A model generated the notes under the pieces. That model did no database searches and was not told where the DNA came from. It saw only the letters and a list, made by a program, of their open reading frames with translations. Position numbers and translations under genes: made by a program. A stretch of DNA of 63,994 nucleotides, filler included, from Basidiobolus ranarum (Eukaryota): NCBI GenBank assembly GCA_040143965.1. It is 5 parts of 5 records of this genome, joined end to end, with 100 filler letters (N's around TTAATTAATTAA, not from the genome) between each part and the next. Parts side by side here need not be neighbours in the genome. Positions count along the whole stretch, not along the records: positions 38,782 to 51,576 come from JASJQH010000520.1; positions 51,677 to 63,994 come from JASJQH010000552.1; 3 more parts are not named here. One strand, given 5' to 3'. Position 1 is the first letter of the stretch, and every line of letters starts with the position of its first letter. Below, piece by piece: positions 46,902 to 60,621 of the stretch.

Positions 46902-47933
46902 ATTTTTCCATGTATTCGTCCTGGCGAAACAGTATACTCCATAGTGATCAACGATTTAGTGAAGTGTCGGAATATGCTGTTGTTGCATTCACATACTTTT
47001 ATGTTACCTTCTTTTGATCGAAATGATATCCAACTACAATTGTGAAATAGGTTAATCAATTAAAATGGTCAACATCGACTCTTCCTACTCTCCTGCGTTG
47101 AATGTTCACTGATTTTTATCTAGTTAGGATTCTCTTGCTAAATTTAATTACTACGTCATTTAAGTAAACTACGTAAACTACTGATCGCTATTATCGAGAT
47201 ATATCATTCGGAGAGGGTTAATAATAAGGTTTGGCTCAGGAATAGATTTTGATATAGAGATATGGTATCTGCTCTCAGAATAATTCTTGAGGACGTTACC
47301 TCAATATCTTGCGCTAAAACATTAGCTCAAATGGATATCCATTCATCAACCAATCACATACCCCAACTGAGCCAAGAAAGAATAGCAATTTACTGAAATC
47401 AGGAATCCAATAGGTGGCATTTATTGGAATATGTTACGATATAAGTATGCAAACTGCAGAAACATGCTAGTATCAACTTTAACTCATCTGGTCAAGATCC
47501 TTACCGCTCCAACAATAACAACAGCTTTCCCTTGTTGAGTAATGGGAACTTCTCCTTTGTCTGAAAAGATTAGAGAAATTCAATTCTTTCGTTGATTGCA
47601 GTCTTGTAGAGAGTGGTGCAATATTGCTTGAATAAACTTGCTCGAAGGTTGGAGTGCAACACTTGTTGTATCGACTGGTCCAAAAGTTACTTACTGACAT
47701 GAATTGCCCGGAAAAGGCTTGTTCTTGAAGTGTATTCTCCAGTTCTAAAAAAACAAGTCGTACTATTTGTATGTAGACTATTTAGCAAAGCATCGCTCTC
47801 ATGAGCCTAAACCAATCCAAAGGTGATCATAGCCATAGAGAACGTGGAAATGAAAGAGTTCAACATCGTGGTATCAAGTGGATTATAGGTTATTTATGGA
47901 TGCATTGAGAAGTGATCTTCTATAATTAGAGAG

Positions 47934-48129
47934 TGTTGCAGTACTAGGACTATGGATTGATGTTATGATCCGCAACAGACATATTCGCCCAGTATACTCC
48001 AGTGCTGCTGATTTCTGGTGTAGAAGATGTACACCTTAAAATAAACATAGCTTGATGACTATAAAATAAGCATTATGTAACAACGCCCATCTGGTGCTGC
48101 ATTCTACATCATTAAGTCTTGAATTTGAA
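47934..48129. repeat. Dispersed repeat family A, copy 2
   Basis: Aligns in two blocks with 12085-12278. Confidence 0.7.
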
Positions 48130-48278
48130 ATCTGATACAGAAACAATTGCAGCATGGAAATTATCTTCGATACCATTCTAGCTACTTTCATTGGAGATAT
48201 ATTGGATAATCTGTTTATTTTAGTATGAAATGTGGTAATCATCGCCCTTGGGGATGTATGACTGGAATGAAGTTCTGA

Positions 48279-50159
48279 CTAGCTTTCCTCCTGAAAAGAT
48301 TTCCAGAAGAGTAACCTTCGGTCACGAACTTCGTCATCATCGATTTTTCTCTTGATTATGCCATTTGGTTCAAATACCAAACTAGTTTCACATTTGGTTT
48401 GGAAAGGTTCCCACCCTTCGTCTGGCACTCCAGTGCTGGCAAAATTGACCCAGAACTGGGACATCTTTTCGGAAACTTTCTGCTCCATCTCATTTAGATG
48501 AATGTGCTGATTGAAGACAAAGTAAATCTCCTGTAAATGATGAACTCCAAGATTAAATTTCGCAGTCTTTTCCATGGGTGCATTGAACCGGTAGGAATAT
48601 ACCCTCCGCGAGGGATCCTTGCTGTCAGCTAGGGCACGAGCAACTTCCCTGATTGGACCTGAAAATAATTGATCCCCATAAATCTTACCCAAAGTAACTA
48701 ACCCGTCAAGTTCTTCACATGGATAGAGCTGCTTTATGGCTTCAGCTTGAAGTGGAGAGAATTCAGATCTAAGAGTAGCTGAGACCGTTTCTTTTGGAGG
48801 GAATACATTCGCAAATAAAGATCCTTCATCTGTATTTTCTCCGATAATAATTTCCTTCACCGCTGGGTCAATGTTGTCGGGATCTTGATAAAGAAGTCTG
48901 GGGCTTTGCTTGATGGTGACTCCATCTATGGTTCCTGTCCATAGGAATTTGGTCCCTACCGATAAATTCTCGATCGCCCCTAAGAGTTTTTCAGCAGATA
49001 TGGCACGAAGCTTTGCGACCTTATCGTCTCCAGTAATGCTCAGTCGTTTACATATCTCGTCGAAAATTATCTGCTTCTTTTCTATAGAAACGGAAGGCAA
49101 AGTGTCTACGGCCCCTGACTCAAGGATAGCTCGTTGAAACAACCCTTTTGAAATAACAAGGTGATGTGCGATACTGGTGGAACCGGCTGATTCACCAAAC
49201 GCGCAAATGCGAGTGTTGTCGCCACCAAAGTGAGAAATATTTTCTTTCACCTAGGGTAACGCATTAAGATATACTGAAACTTATAATCATGTTAGGAGTC
49301 TTATGGCTTTTCAAACGTACCCATTCAAAAGCAAGCCTTTGGTCCAACAACCCGTAATTTCCGGCACTTCCATCTTCCGAGTCATCCACAAGCTCTTGAC
49401 TCGCCAGAAAGCCGAATACGTTGAGGCGGTAATTAATTACGACCACAATGACTGGGTACTTCTTAGCTAGATTGGTACCATCTGCATAGAAAGAAATGTA
49501 AAGAACGGAGCACTGCAAGGAAAGAATAATCCTCATCATTTCAAGCGTCTATAACTTACCATAGATTGGAAGTGAATTGGCACCGTCGATATAAGCGCCT
49601 CCATGTATCCAAACCTTAGGTTCGAAGCCGTATTAGTATGCACTGCCATGATATTTATTTGTTTATCTACGAACCATCACAGGCCAGCCTTCTTTCGGCC
49701 TTTCGTCTAACGGAGGTGTCCATATATTTAGATTCAAGCAATTGACCTCATTTTCTTCCGCAGAACTGGAGAATCCCGGTAAAAAATCTATAAGGGTTAA
49801 GGGGTGAGGGCAGGCAGGCCTTTGTTATTGGTAAGGAGGGGTGGTGTAGGTTAGATGTCAACGTGATAGAGTAGGAATAAAAAAAGGTAGCCTATACCCC
49901 ATCTTAGTTGCATCATTGGATTGTCCAGGATTGGAGTTTATCTTTTGAGGCTTCTTCCACCTTAGGTTCCCCACCGGTGACTTTAAATAGATTTAATGTT
50001 CTAATTAACTGATGATAGCCAGTTTTGTAAAAGAAACCAGGAGCATACTTGAGCATACGGAATGTTCAGAAAAGCTCGATGCGTGGTATGAGATAACCCA
50101 TGGTATGCACCTTGTTGAAGTTCAACGGTTGCCGGAGTTGGTTCGTTTGTAGCAGCCAT
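48279..50159 (-). CDS. Type-B carboxylesterase (COesterase family), multi-exon
   Basis: FLNIPYA, PVGNLRW, NCLNLNIWTP, WIHGGAY, NYRLNVFGFL, GNYGLLDQ, GESAG nucleophile, TDEG and GVHHLQEI. ATG at 50159. Confidence 0.92.
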
Positions 50160-51341
50160 TGGATATAATTAGTGCAAATATGGCTGAGCGTCAGATTTTA
50201 TATTCGGAGTTGTATAGGGTGGCTGATGCAATTTATTGGTTATCTCGAAGTTGTTACACACATTGTTAACATTCTGGTATATGCCTGAGCTGTAATTCAC
50301 ACGATGATGCCATTGAGCTCAATGCACCATCCTGCTTTTTTGAGAACAAGGTGATTCACATTTGCAATTGCTTCCAATTTGCTTTTCCACTGGGAATAAA
50401 TACACTAATTAGATCTCGTAGGCCATGTGTCAGAAATCTTGTGTGTGATCTTTATTGACTCATCCGTATATATGCATTATTGCCCCATTAGTAAGATAAG
50501 CCTCAAATTAACCAAATTGGCGATTCAGCTATTTTCTTTCCCATCTCTGTTAAGCAATTGAGATAGAGAAGATTATACAGCGTAACCAATCATTCAATTT
50601 GTTGATTAATATCTCAACAAACGAAGCCATTTCTCAGATAACTCTATCTTGTCCTCCGTCCAGCACTACAATATGTTGCTTAACTATCTATCTATAAATT
50701 GCATACATCACATTATCCTACTATTTGCTCAGCATCTTGATCAATTTAAGTGGGAAGAAAACTGTCAATGGCCTGGGTTACAATGGGTACGTTCTGAATT
50801 TGAAGCTTTATGGATACCATTGAAATAGAGTTGAATAACCAGCAGCTCAGAAAGAGTCAAGAACTCTTACCGTACATCTAAACTTTAAGCTAAGGGATTG
50901 GTGAGTAAGTCATCAGTTTAATACTTTACTACGGACAGTATGTTAAGGTATCCTCATAAATTATTCGCTCAGTACTCTAGTGAATCCCTTCGAACATGAG
51001 TTGTAATATTTATAATTATGAATCACAATATATAATCGAGGAAAAACTTAAATCAAATCATCATTGGCGACTGTTTATATAAATATTAAAATCAGCATCT
51101 ATGTATCTGTGAGAAATCCATGATGATAAGTATATGCAACTAATATTACTAGTTGAATTGGCAACTCTGCTATTACTTGAGGTACTAAACAACATGCAGC
51201 ATAATGCCGGCTCCAATTAATGATCTTTTTCTTGATTGTATAGAATTTGCTATACCCATCAAACTATTTGAAAACCTGCCAGAATTCTGTTGAAATTCTC
51301 TGGAGGTACTAACTCAGTCATTCCACATTAAAATGGAATTA

Positions 51342-51421
51342 TTGAAATTGGCATTGTCTAAACACCTGTATAGTCATATAAACCTTAGTATTTAGTTATC
51401 CCATATTTCACTAAGATATTA
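51342..51421 (-). repeat. Dispersed repeat family B, inverted copy near the contig end
   Basis: Reverse complement of 43916-43995, inside a CpG-poor tract. Confidence 0.8.
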
Positions 51422-51576
51422 TTGGGACAATATGGGCTGTTTGGAGGAACTTTAGAAAAGTTGAGTTGTGAATAGCTTTGTGAGATAATTATTTCTTGTC
51501 CAGAAATAAAGCATTTATACATTTTGGTGGAAATACAGAAACCTAACACTGGAATTGTGTTCAGAACATCTGTGGG

Positions 51577-51676
51577 NNNNNNNNNNNNNNNNNNNNNNNN
51601 NNNNNNNNNNNNNNNNNNNNTTAATTAATTAANNNNNNNNNNNNNNNNNNNNNNNNNNNNNNNNNNNNNNNNNNNN
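51577..51676. other. Artificial contig-joining linker
   Basis: N44-TTAATTAATTAA-N44. Confidence 0.98.
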
Positions 51677-52008
51677 AGAACCCATTGAAGATCAAGACTT
51701 GCGGTAGCTGGCTCCGTTACGATTCTCGTTCCGGTACCCACAACATGTACCAGGAATACCGTGAGTTGACCCGTAACGATGCCGTTGAGGCCTGTTATCA
51801 AGATATGGCTGCTCGTCACCGTGCCCGGTTCAGATCTATTCAAATCATCCGTGTTGCTGAAGTCGCTAACGCCGATGTTCGTCGTCCATACATTAAGCAA
51901 CTCATGGTACCCAAGCTTCGCTTCCCTCTTCCCCACCGCGTTGCTCGCCCTGCTGACAAGGCCAACCGTAGCCTCTTCATTGCCAAGCGTCCCTCTACTT
52001 TCTACTAA
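51677..52008 (+). CDS. RPL20: 60S ribosomal protein eL20 (L20/L18a), 5'-truncated
   Basis: [17 protein letters not shown]...[17 protein letters not shown]...FPLPHR...RPSTFY. Confidence 0.95.
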
Positions 52009-52336
52009 TTATTTCGAGTAGTTTAGATAGCTTGTAATCATCTTAATAAAATCTACGGAATATTGAGAACTCATTCATCTTTATACATCATCTGTCCCTA
52101 CTAAATATTCTGATATCCATACCAATATAACGTTGTGATGATGGGGATCCATGTTCATGGTTAATTATCCACTTTCTTAAATATTATGAGTATATTACTA
52201 CAGCTGAATACTATTCAGTGCAAAAAAACGAAAAAAATCAAAAATCTTGGTGGAAACTGATGGTACGTGCTCAAATTCATTTAGACTAAACGTAGTTTGT
52301 TAGCTCATACTTGGTCTACTTCTTAAGAGTAAAAGC

Positions 52337-53496
52337 ATGGCTACTGCTGTTGAAACCAAAGCCAGTTGGGCTGATGAGGTCGGCGAAGAATTAGATAATC
52401 AATTTGGGGACGATGGAATAAAAACAATCGTTGACATTCAAGTTCGTGAAGATGGAAAGAAAGTCAAAGTATAAATAACTAGCTAAACTTTCCCTTACCC
52501 TTGAGCCGGTTTATTAATTTTTCGATTGGTTAGATTACTCGCAAAATTCAAAAAAAGCTTGTAACCGAAAATGTTAACCATGTAGTTGCTCTTAGAAAGG
52601 TAAGTCCAAGTTAACGAGTTTGTTTATTATTTGAACTCACCTTTTTCTCGAAATGTTCAACAGAAATGGGCCAAGTTTGGCCAAGAGAAGGGCAACAAGC
52701 CAGGACCCGATATGAGCACTACCACCGTTGGTGAGCAAATCTTTTTGAAGCTATCCTCCGGCAACCAGGTAAATTTAATATTCTTTCGGTTTCCTTTCTC
52801 AACCTCCATATTTATTTGTCGCATATAAACAATAGACTGTTGAGACTGAAGACCCTGATGCCAAACTTAAAGAGCAACTCAAGGGCAAGAAGATTCTTTG
52901 TAGAATCTGTAAGGGTGATCACTTTACCCTCAAGTGTCCTTACAAAGATACTCTTAAGCCTCTTGACGAACTTACAAGTGCACTCAATGAAAGTAAAACA
53001 TCCGCTACTGAAGCATCACCTGCTGAAGCTGCTGCGCCTAGTAGATACATTCCTCCCGCTCTTCGCGGTAAGATGGCTGGCGGAAGCGCTCCTAGTGGAG
53101 ATGATAAAGATAGAAGAGGTACATATTTTCTGAAATACATCAAGTATCTCAGCTCCATACTGACCTGTATGAATTATTACAGACGATGCCCCTACATTGC
53201 GTGTTACCAATTTATCTGAAGATACCGTTGAAAGCGATATTTATGATCTCTTCCGTCCCTTCGGTCATATCTCCCGTGTCTTCCTTGCTAGAGATCGCGA
53301 AACCAATGTTTGTAAAGGGTTTTCTTTCGTCAGTTTTTCTAGCCGTGAAGATGGTGCCCGTGCTCTTGAAGCTGTTAATGGTCATGGCTTCGACAATCTC
53401 ATTCTCCATGTTGAATGGGCCAAGTAAGTGAAATGTTTAGCCTGCGAATGAAAGCAAATACTGACATTCTTAATTTAATCTAGATCCTCCAAATAA
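52337..53496 (+). CDS. TIF35: Translation initiation factor eIF3 subunit g, multi-exon
   Basis: SWADE, KWAKFG..KG..PGPD..TT.VGE, zinc knuckle CRICKGDHFTLKCPYK, YIPPALR and RRM 'LRVTNLSED...FGHISRVFLARDRET..CKGF.FV'. Confidence 0.93.
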
Positions 53497-53838
53497 ATTC
53501 GATTGTCCTTGTATTAAAAGTGGGATTCCAATGCATATTCCTCATCAACTATTGTGTTTCTAAGCCATTGTTTCCAAATAAACATAGTTTACATCAAACA
53601 CTAAGATTGATTGCGGAATACATACACATACTGAATTGCGTCTTTTTGTTTCGTGTTCCAACTACATCAATTGTTCAAGGCTGGATGATACTAATTTTCA
53701 ATCTAAAAAATCCCAAAAGAGGGTCTAGTTCCATGAAATATTTGGGGCACCTCCGTCAGAAGAAAACCAACAGTACTCACGGCTCTGCATCCTTCTCTCC
53801 AATTCTTCTGGTCAATACGTCCAATTGATCGATTTGTT

Positions 53839-54528
53839 ATGGCTCCTAAAACTAAAGGTATCTTATCAAGTGATGTATAGGGGTTGGAAGGAGGTTTTCG
53901 AGACGAAAGAATAAGGAGTAGTGTTTTTTAAGCCAATATTTGACATTGGTCCATCCATCTAATATAGTCCATGTGTTATCCTGTTAAACACGACCCTAAT
54001 TTCGTATTCGATTCCAAGTTCAAGCTCAGATATCATTTTTAACATTCAATACCCTAGAATCGATTACTTACATACACTTTGCTTCGTTCTGGTTAAGTTT
54101 CCTCTGAGAAGAACAAGGCCATGGCTGCCAAGAAGGCTGCCTTGAAGGGTACCCATGGTAGCGCCACTCGCAAGGTTCGCACTTCCACCACCTTCCGTCT
54201 CCCCAAGACTCTCCGTCTTGCTCGCGCTCCTCGTTACCCTCGTAAGTCAGTACCCAGCGCTCCTCGTATGGATCAATATGAGGTTGTTCGTTCCCCTTTG
54301 AATACTGAGACTGCTATCAAGAAAATCGAAGATAACAACACCCTCGTTTTCTTGTGTGATGTTCGTGCTAACAAACGTCAAATCCGTGAAGCTGTGAAGC
54401 GCCTTTATGATGTTGATGCTGCCAAGATTAACACCCTTATCCGCCCCGACGGCCAAAAGAAAGCCTATGTTCGTCTTACTGCTGATGTGGATGCTTTAGA
54501 TGTTGCCAACAAGATTGGTTTTATTTAA
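53839..54528 (+). CDS. RPL25: 60S ribosomal protein uL23 (L25/L23a), 2 exons
   Basis: Exon 1 53839-53857 (MAPKTK), intron to 54097; [25 protein letters not shown] and [12 protein letters not shown]. Confidence 0.96.
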
Positions 54529-55889
54529 ACATCCTTATATCTAATTTATTGGTGAACTCAATGCATTTAGTCACATTCTCAATATAATAAAATCAAACCA
54601 TAAAGCGTAGTCAAAAGTGCACCTAAATACATACATACAATTGAGTCAAGGGTACTCTAAATCAAAATATCAAGATTCTGGGTACCAAAGAATCAGAACA
54701 TGATCAGCTATATATGTAAGAAATTAATCGACCCATTCTACAAATTAAGCTGGCTGAAAGATCATATTGAACAAACAAAGAACCTTTTTTTCTATTGCTT
54801 TTTTATAATAGACTACAGCTTCTCAAAATCCTTTAGTACAGTTAACAACAACCACTCATCATGTCAGAGCTACAATCATACGTCAACCGTATCCTTTTTT
54901 ATTTTGTTTCAACCATATATTTTGTACAGTAGAGACGCTTTAATCTTTAACTCAACCCAATTCCTTAGGAACCGTAACTGTACTAACTACCGATGGACGT
55001 ATCATTGTGGTATGTCGTCTATTTTCTTTAAAAATTTCAATCGTACCTTTGGTTTCTAATACCAGCTTTAGGGTACCTTTACAGGCTTTGATCAAACAAC
55101 CAACATTATCATGAAAAGCTGTCACGAACGAGTTTTTTCTTTAGAAAGTGGAGTCGAGAAACTTCCTTTAGGGCTTTATTTACTGCGAGGAGATAGCATG
55201 TAACCTCTCTTTATTAGTATATATCTGTACGTAGTAGACCTAGTTATTGACCCATTTTATAGTATTTTTATTGGTGAAATGGATGAAGCTCAAGACGAGG
55301 AGATTGATTACGACAACATACGAGCAGATCCTATCGGTCCGTTAAAGCATTGAACCTGTCAATTGTTCGCATATCGAGGCTCTTAATATCTCACCCAAAA
55401 AATTAGTTCTCAATCGTTTCAACTCACATCGATGTATATTCTTTTTTCTTTGAGCATGCGTTTCTACTGTTGAAAAGCTTGGTTTCCAGAGGTGCAGACT
55501 TCTATACACAATCCCATTTGTCACCTTTTCATTCTCTATTTAAATTTTCACCTTGTTAGACTGTTGGAATTCGAACGTATATCACTTAATAATCTATTTA
55601 AATAATAAAATTCTTGATGTTAAACAAGACTGATCAAAACGATATTCATGCATATGATGTAAGCAACTATGTAGCATAATTAAACGGTAAGAATCAGGCA
55701 CAAGATATACGAGAACAAATCCACTCCCTATTTCGCTTGAACTCGGAAATTCACAAGTACTAATTTCTATATACAAGTATATCTGAAGTGAGTACTTACT
55801 TGAGAACTTTATCATATAGTGTCTTTTTTGGGTGTGAAATAAAGAAACTAAATCCCTTCCTTTTGTAAATTTTTCTTTTCTATCTGGAG

Positions 55890-58800
55890 ATGTCACTGCC
55901 ACCTAATAGCCCACGAACTCGTTCCAGTTCCTCTAGTTCATATGCTTCTTCTATGACTTCTATTGGTACCAGTGCTACCGGTGTTACAGTTTCTTCTAAC
56001 TCTAAAAGTGAGAATGTTCAAGTGGCAGTCAGAGTGCGCCCACCTAGCGCCTCTGAGCTAAGCAAACCTGGGTCCGATATTTGGGAGACTGATACAGTGC
56101 TTGGCAAGCTTTCACTGAATGCAGAGTATGCAGCAGCACAGAAAAAGCAAACACCAGAATATACATATGGTCAGTTATAGTATTCGTGGTACCTTTCACT
56201 CCCCTCCCCTCTCCTCCTTCCGTTTACTAAAGCAGCTATCTGTCCTTTAGATGCTGTACTTATTGGGAGTGATAACCGTTTACTTTATGAAAGAAGCGTT
56301 AGGGAGGTTGTTAGGTAAGTGGAAGTAAAACTATACCCTGATAAAACCAACCCCACAATAATATATCCCTTTAACCTTACTTAAAGGTCCACAATGGAAG
56401 GGTATAACGGAACGGTCTTTGCATATGGTCAAACAGCTTCTGGAAAAACATACGTAAACCATTTTGAACGGTTACTTTAAATAAGAATATTAACAACGAT
56501 ACTAACTAATGAATCCAAAATTCCCAACATTTCTACCTGAAATTAGACTATGGTATGGAACCTTCCAAATCTACACCTCTATTAGCTTCATTAACCCAAT
56601 TTCCCTATCTCTATAGACAGGTTTGTTAAAGTTATACTAGATATCCACGCTTTTCAAGGATGATCGAATCGAATCAATTTTGGAACCTCTTAGGTGTCGA
56701 TTCGCAACCTGGTGTTATCCCGCAGGCTGTAGAGGATGTTTTTCATTATATTCAAGAGGTTTGCTTGGATTATTTTTACTCTATCCTGATGATCCATTCA
56801 CTCAAGTTGCTCATGTAGACCGCAGGGAATAGAGAGTTCCTACTTCGTGTGTCTTATATGGAGATTTATAATGAAACCATTCGGGATCTTCTATCGCCAG
56901 AAGTAACAGATCTTCGAATTCATGAAGACAAACGTGTAAGTTTCAACGATACAAATGGTTTCAACGATATAAATGGAGTCTGTATTCAAAGCTTACCATT
57001 TCAAAGAGAGGTGTTTACGTAAGTCCATTACGCGAGGAAATCGTCACTTCACCCAAACAAGTGATGAAAGTCATTCAAAGAGGAGAAGGTGGGTCCCGTT
57101 CACTTTACTTGCATTCTGACTGACATTTTATCTGATTTTGTGTGTTTAGCAAATAGGCATATTAGTGCTACTGATTACAATGAACACAGTAGTAGATCTC
57201 ATACGATATTTCAAATGGTAGACAATCCATTTCAACCATTGAAAAGAAACACAAACTAACCTTCAGCCTCTACTTGAAAGGTGATAGAGAGTCGTGACCC
57301 TCGTTCGACCGGTAGAATGACCCCTATATCTAGAAGATTTGCCTCCAATAAAAGCTCGCTTGGTGGTGGCGTGAAGATCTCATTATTGGTAAGAACATGA
57401 AGTGATTCAATACGTACAATGCACAATCATGAGTTAAATCACTTTCCTTGCAATAGAATTTGATTGATCTGGCTGGTTCAGAAAAAGCATCAAGTTCTGT
57501 GGATCGTCGTAAAGAAAGTGCATACATTAATAAGAGGTATATATCTACCATTGTTAATCTACCATTATTGCAATAGCCAGTAATGACTGGTACTAATCAT
57601 GAACACAGTTTATTGACTCTTGGCAACGTAATTTCTAAGCTAACCGAAGATAAAAGGTAACCATTTGAATTCACACCTCAAAACATGGGTGCTTTGAAAG
57701 CTAAACTTGATGTATATTTTAGTGGACATGTTCCTTACAGAGATTCCAAACTCACGAGAATTCTGCAATCAGCTCTAAGTGGGAATTCTCGAGTCTCCGT
57801 GATGTGTACTATCAGTCCATCGGGTATAAACCTTGAAGAGAGTAACAATACTCTGAAATTCGCTGCCAAAGTGAAAAAAGTTGTCACCAGAGCTGAAACA
57901 ACGCAGGTATTGTCCCAGCTAAAATGGTCATATATTCCAGTTCATTCTTAACACAAAAGCGCAGGTCATGGATGACAAAGCCTTACTACAGAAATACAAG
58001 ATGGAGATCATGGAGTTGAAAGCGAAGCTGATGCATACTAACGAAGCGTTCATCAAGGATAAGGAAGCAGAATTGTCGCAATTGAAGGAAGAGAAGAGAA
58101 AGGTAAGTGAGACTAAAGTGGTTTATTATACGTCCAGTGAATTAATGGAGTATTTTAATGAGTATGAGGAGGATCTTATGGAAGCCCAACTTGCACGTAC
58201 TTCGTTGAAAGAGAGAATCGATCACCTAACTAAGCTTATCCTTACCTCTAACTCTATCTCACCCAAAGTGTTACTAGACCGTACCAAACGTGTATGTGTC
58301 TTTAGATCATTCTTCTATTAACTGAACCCAATCAATACTTACCTTGTGGATTTTTCGATAGCACTTTCGCCCAACCTCGGTCAACTTCGGCCTCAGTAAT
58401 ATGGCGGTAAATGAAGCGGGAAAGGTGAGTGAAAATAGAAACAGCAAAGCAACGAGTAAATGGTTAATGGTTGAATTTGAATAGAAATCAGTACAGCTTG
58501 AACAAGAACTAAGCCAAAAAACTGACACTATTAAAACGCTGATGGCAGAAATCTCCTGTAAAGACGATTACATCACCGAAATCACGAATCTAATGAAAAG
58601 CGTTGATTCTAATGGCATATTAGAGGCGTTCCAGAGCCTCAACAAACCAGATGATGATGGAATACGTTCACGTATCATTCAAAATGAATTCCAACAAAGT
58701 CATGAAGCAACAAGTCAAGAGATAACCAATCTTCAAAAACTCAATCAAGAGTTGGAAAAGTTGACGGATAAACAAGAATTGACCATATCCACCCTAGAGG

Positions 58801-59310
58801 AGCAATTGAAAAGCATCAAGGAGAATACGGAAATGGAATTCACTAAAACGGAGGAATATCTGGAAATGAATCGTGAATTGGAGGAGCAGCGACAAGTGAT
58901 TACTGAACTGGAAGAGGAAGTCAAAGATAACAAGAACTTGATCGCTGAACTGAGGAACATTATTCGAAAAATGGAACTAAGCCTATTTGAAAAGGCTGAA
59001 GTAAGCTCTGCCTCTGGGAAAGGTGATCATTTCCGATCCAGTGAAGAGGTAGGTAAAGGCGAAGACAATCCTAGAATAAAGGAATTGGAACAGCAGCTGG
59101 AAAAGGAGCGGAAACTTCGACAAGAGGAACAAAATGCTAGCACTGAAAGGATCGCTGAGTTGGAGGCTGAGCTAACCATCTCTCAAGGTAATTCCCAATG
59201 ATTTCCCACTGTTTTCATTCTAAACCTCTACTAACATATTCAACGCTGGAACAGCTGAATTAAGTGTTGCTCAACTAATTTCGGGATTCTCAGGTAAAAC
59301 TAGCTTATAA
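55890..59310 (+). CDS. Kinesin heavy chain, kinesin-7 (CENP-E/Kip2-like), highly intron-rich
   Basis: NVQVAVRVRP, GYNGTVFAYGQTASGKT, SYMEIYNETIRDLL, NEHSSRSHTIF, LIDLAGSE, INKSLLTLGNVI and HVPYRDSKLTRILQ, followed by 'DDKALLQKY..EI..LK' and a coiled coil. Confidence 0.92.
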
Positions 59311-59600
59311 ATGTCGCAATAAATTTTGGAAATACAGTACCCTTGCCCATAATATAAAAGTTCAAAGTGTTTATTGAAAAAGACTCACAACTATTTAGTG
59401 AATATTCCAAATATGCTGATGAGGAAATGATACATTTGAGAGTAAAGTGGCTTCATATATCAAAGTTCTAAATGGAAGAAATGTGAAAATGAAAAGTGGG
59501 TGGTATAGGAGAAGCAGAGGGGATGTGGATAGATGAAAGTAACAGCCACAAAATATTGGCATTCTAGTCTTTTTGTGATAAATTAAAGAGACGAATGGAC

Positions 59601-60119
59601 TTAAACATCGTAACCGATGAGATTTCTTCTACCGATAACTTCACCGATGAAAAAGAAACCTGCAATCTCCACACCAATAACTGCCTTTTGGGCAACTTGC
59701 TTGAGGGTTAACTCGCGGATGATGGTCCAATCCAAAGAACGTTGGAATTGCTCCTTAGCTTGGTTGAATTGGGCTGTGGTGGGAGGAGCAAGTCCTTCTT
59801 TAACATATACTTGCTTGGCAATCTCCTTAGCAACTCTGAAGTTATACCCAAGAGACCCAGTCATGTCTATAAAAGCCAGACGTTCAATAATATTGCTTGG
59901 TTAGCGAGAATTCTTCACTTGTAAAAAGGGACATTTAGGTGGAAATTTGTACTTACTAACGAGACGAGAAGAGGAACCTTGGATGGTCTTAAGACCCTTG
60001 AATGCGGCCTCTTGAGCAACCTTGGCGGCAGCACCAAGTTTTTCGGTGGCAACAGCAGTATTGAGAGTACTGGCGTGACGAGCACCGGCAGTGTAAAGGG
60101 ATTTAGTAACTCTGAACAT
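59601..60119 (-). CDS. ATP20: Mitochondrial ATP synthase subunit g, 2 exons
   Basis: Presequence MFRVTKSLYTAGARHAS, intron 59867-59956, 'YNFRVAKEIAKQVY.KE.LAPP' and 'GVEIAGFFFIGEVIGRR.LIGY'. Confidence 0.9.
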
Positions 60120-60621
60120 TTTCTTTTCTTTGATTACTACAAAAATAGAGGTCGTAATATGCAAGAAACACACTAGCCTGCCTCCCCGAACCAATTTTGT
60201 AAAGTTTTTTTCAATCGCTCAAAATTTACTCGAAATTTACCCCACCTTCCCTCACATTGTCAGTTTGAATTTTGGGGTGGATACTTTTTTAATAGAACAT
60301 GGGGAAGTTACCATATACCACTATCATCTATCATATACTACTTCTATCATATGTCACATCAATTTAAGCAACGTTATAATTGAATTATGCAAGGCAAAAT
60401 CTTTTAATGTGGCCAAATAAACATTGATAGTACAGGCTAACATTACAGGCTAACATGATGAGGGAAAATTTACAAATTTAGAGAACGGAGGAACTGTTAG
60501 GTGAAGATAATGAGGATAGTGTAGTGAAATGCCGGGAATGTTACGGTTAGGTTAGGTTAGGTTTGGGTTGTGCGTGAAGATGAAGGTAAAAGTAAAGGTA
60601 AACATAAAGTATCCAAATAAA

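Noticed and set aside
53858-54097. Long RPL25 intron as a snoRNA host
   Set aside because: No clean C box (RTGATGA) and D box (CTGA) pair, and no evident H/ACA structure.
56941-56977. 18-nt tandem duplication in a kinesin intron; 13-nt duplication at 60431-60456; (TA)n runs near 2215, 8540 and 63470
   Set aside because: Ordinary slippage products; not CRISPR-like because there are no spacers and only two units.
60546-60570. (GGTTA)n telomere-like run, plus isolated TTAGGG at about 13233 and 32911
   Set aside because: Only 2-4 units, internal, in UTR or intergenic DNA; no support for a telomere or a telomerase RNA template.
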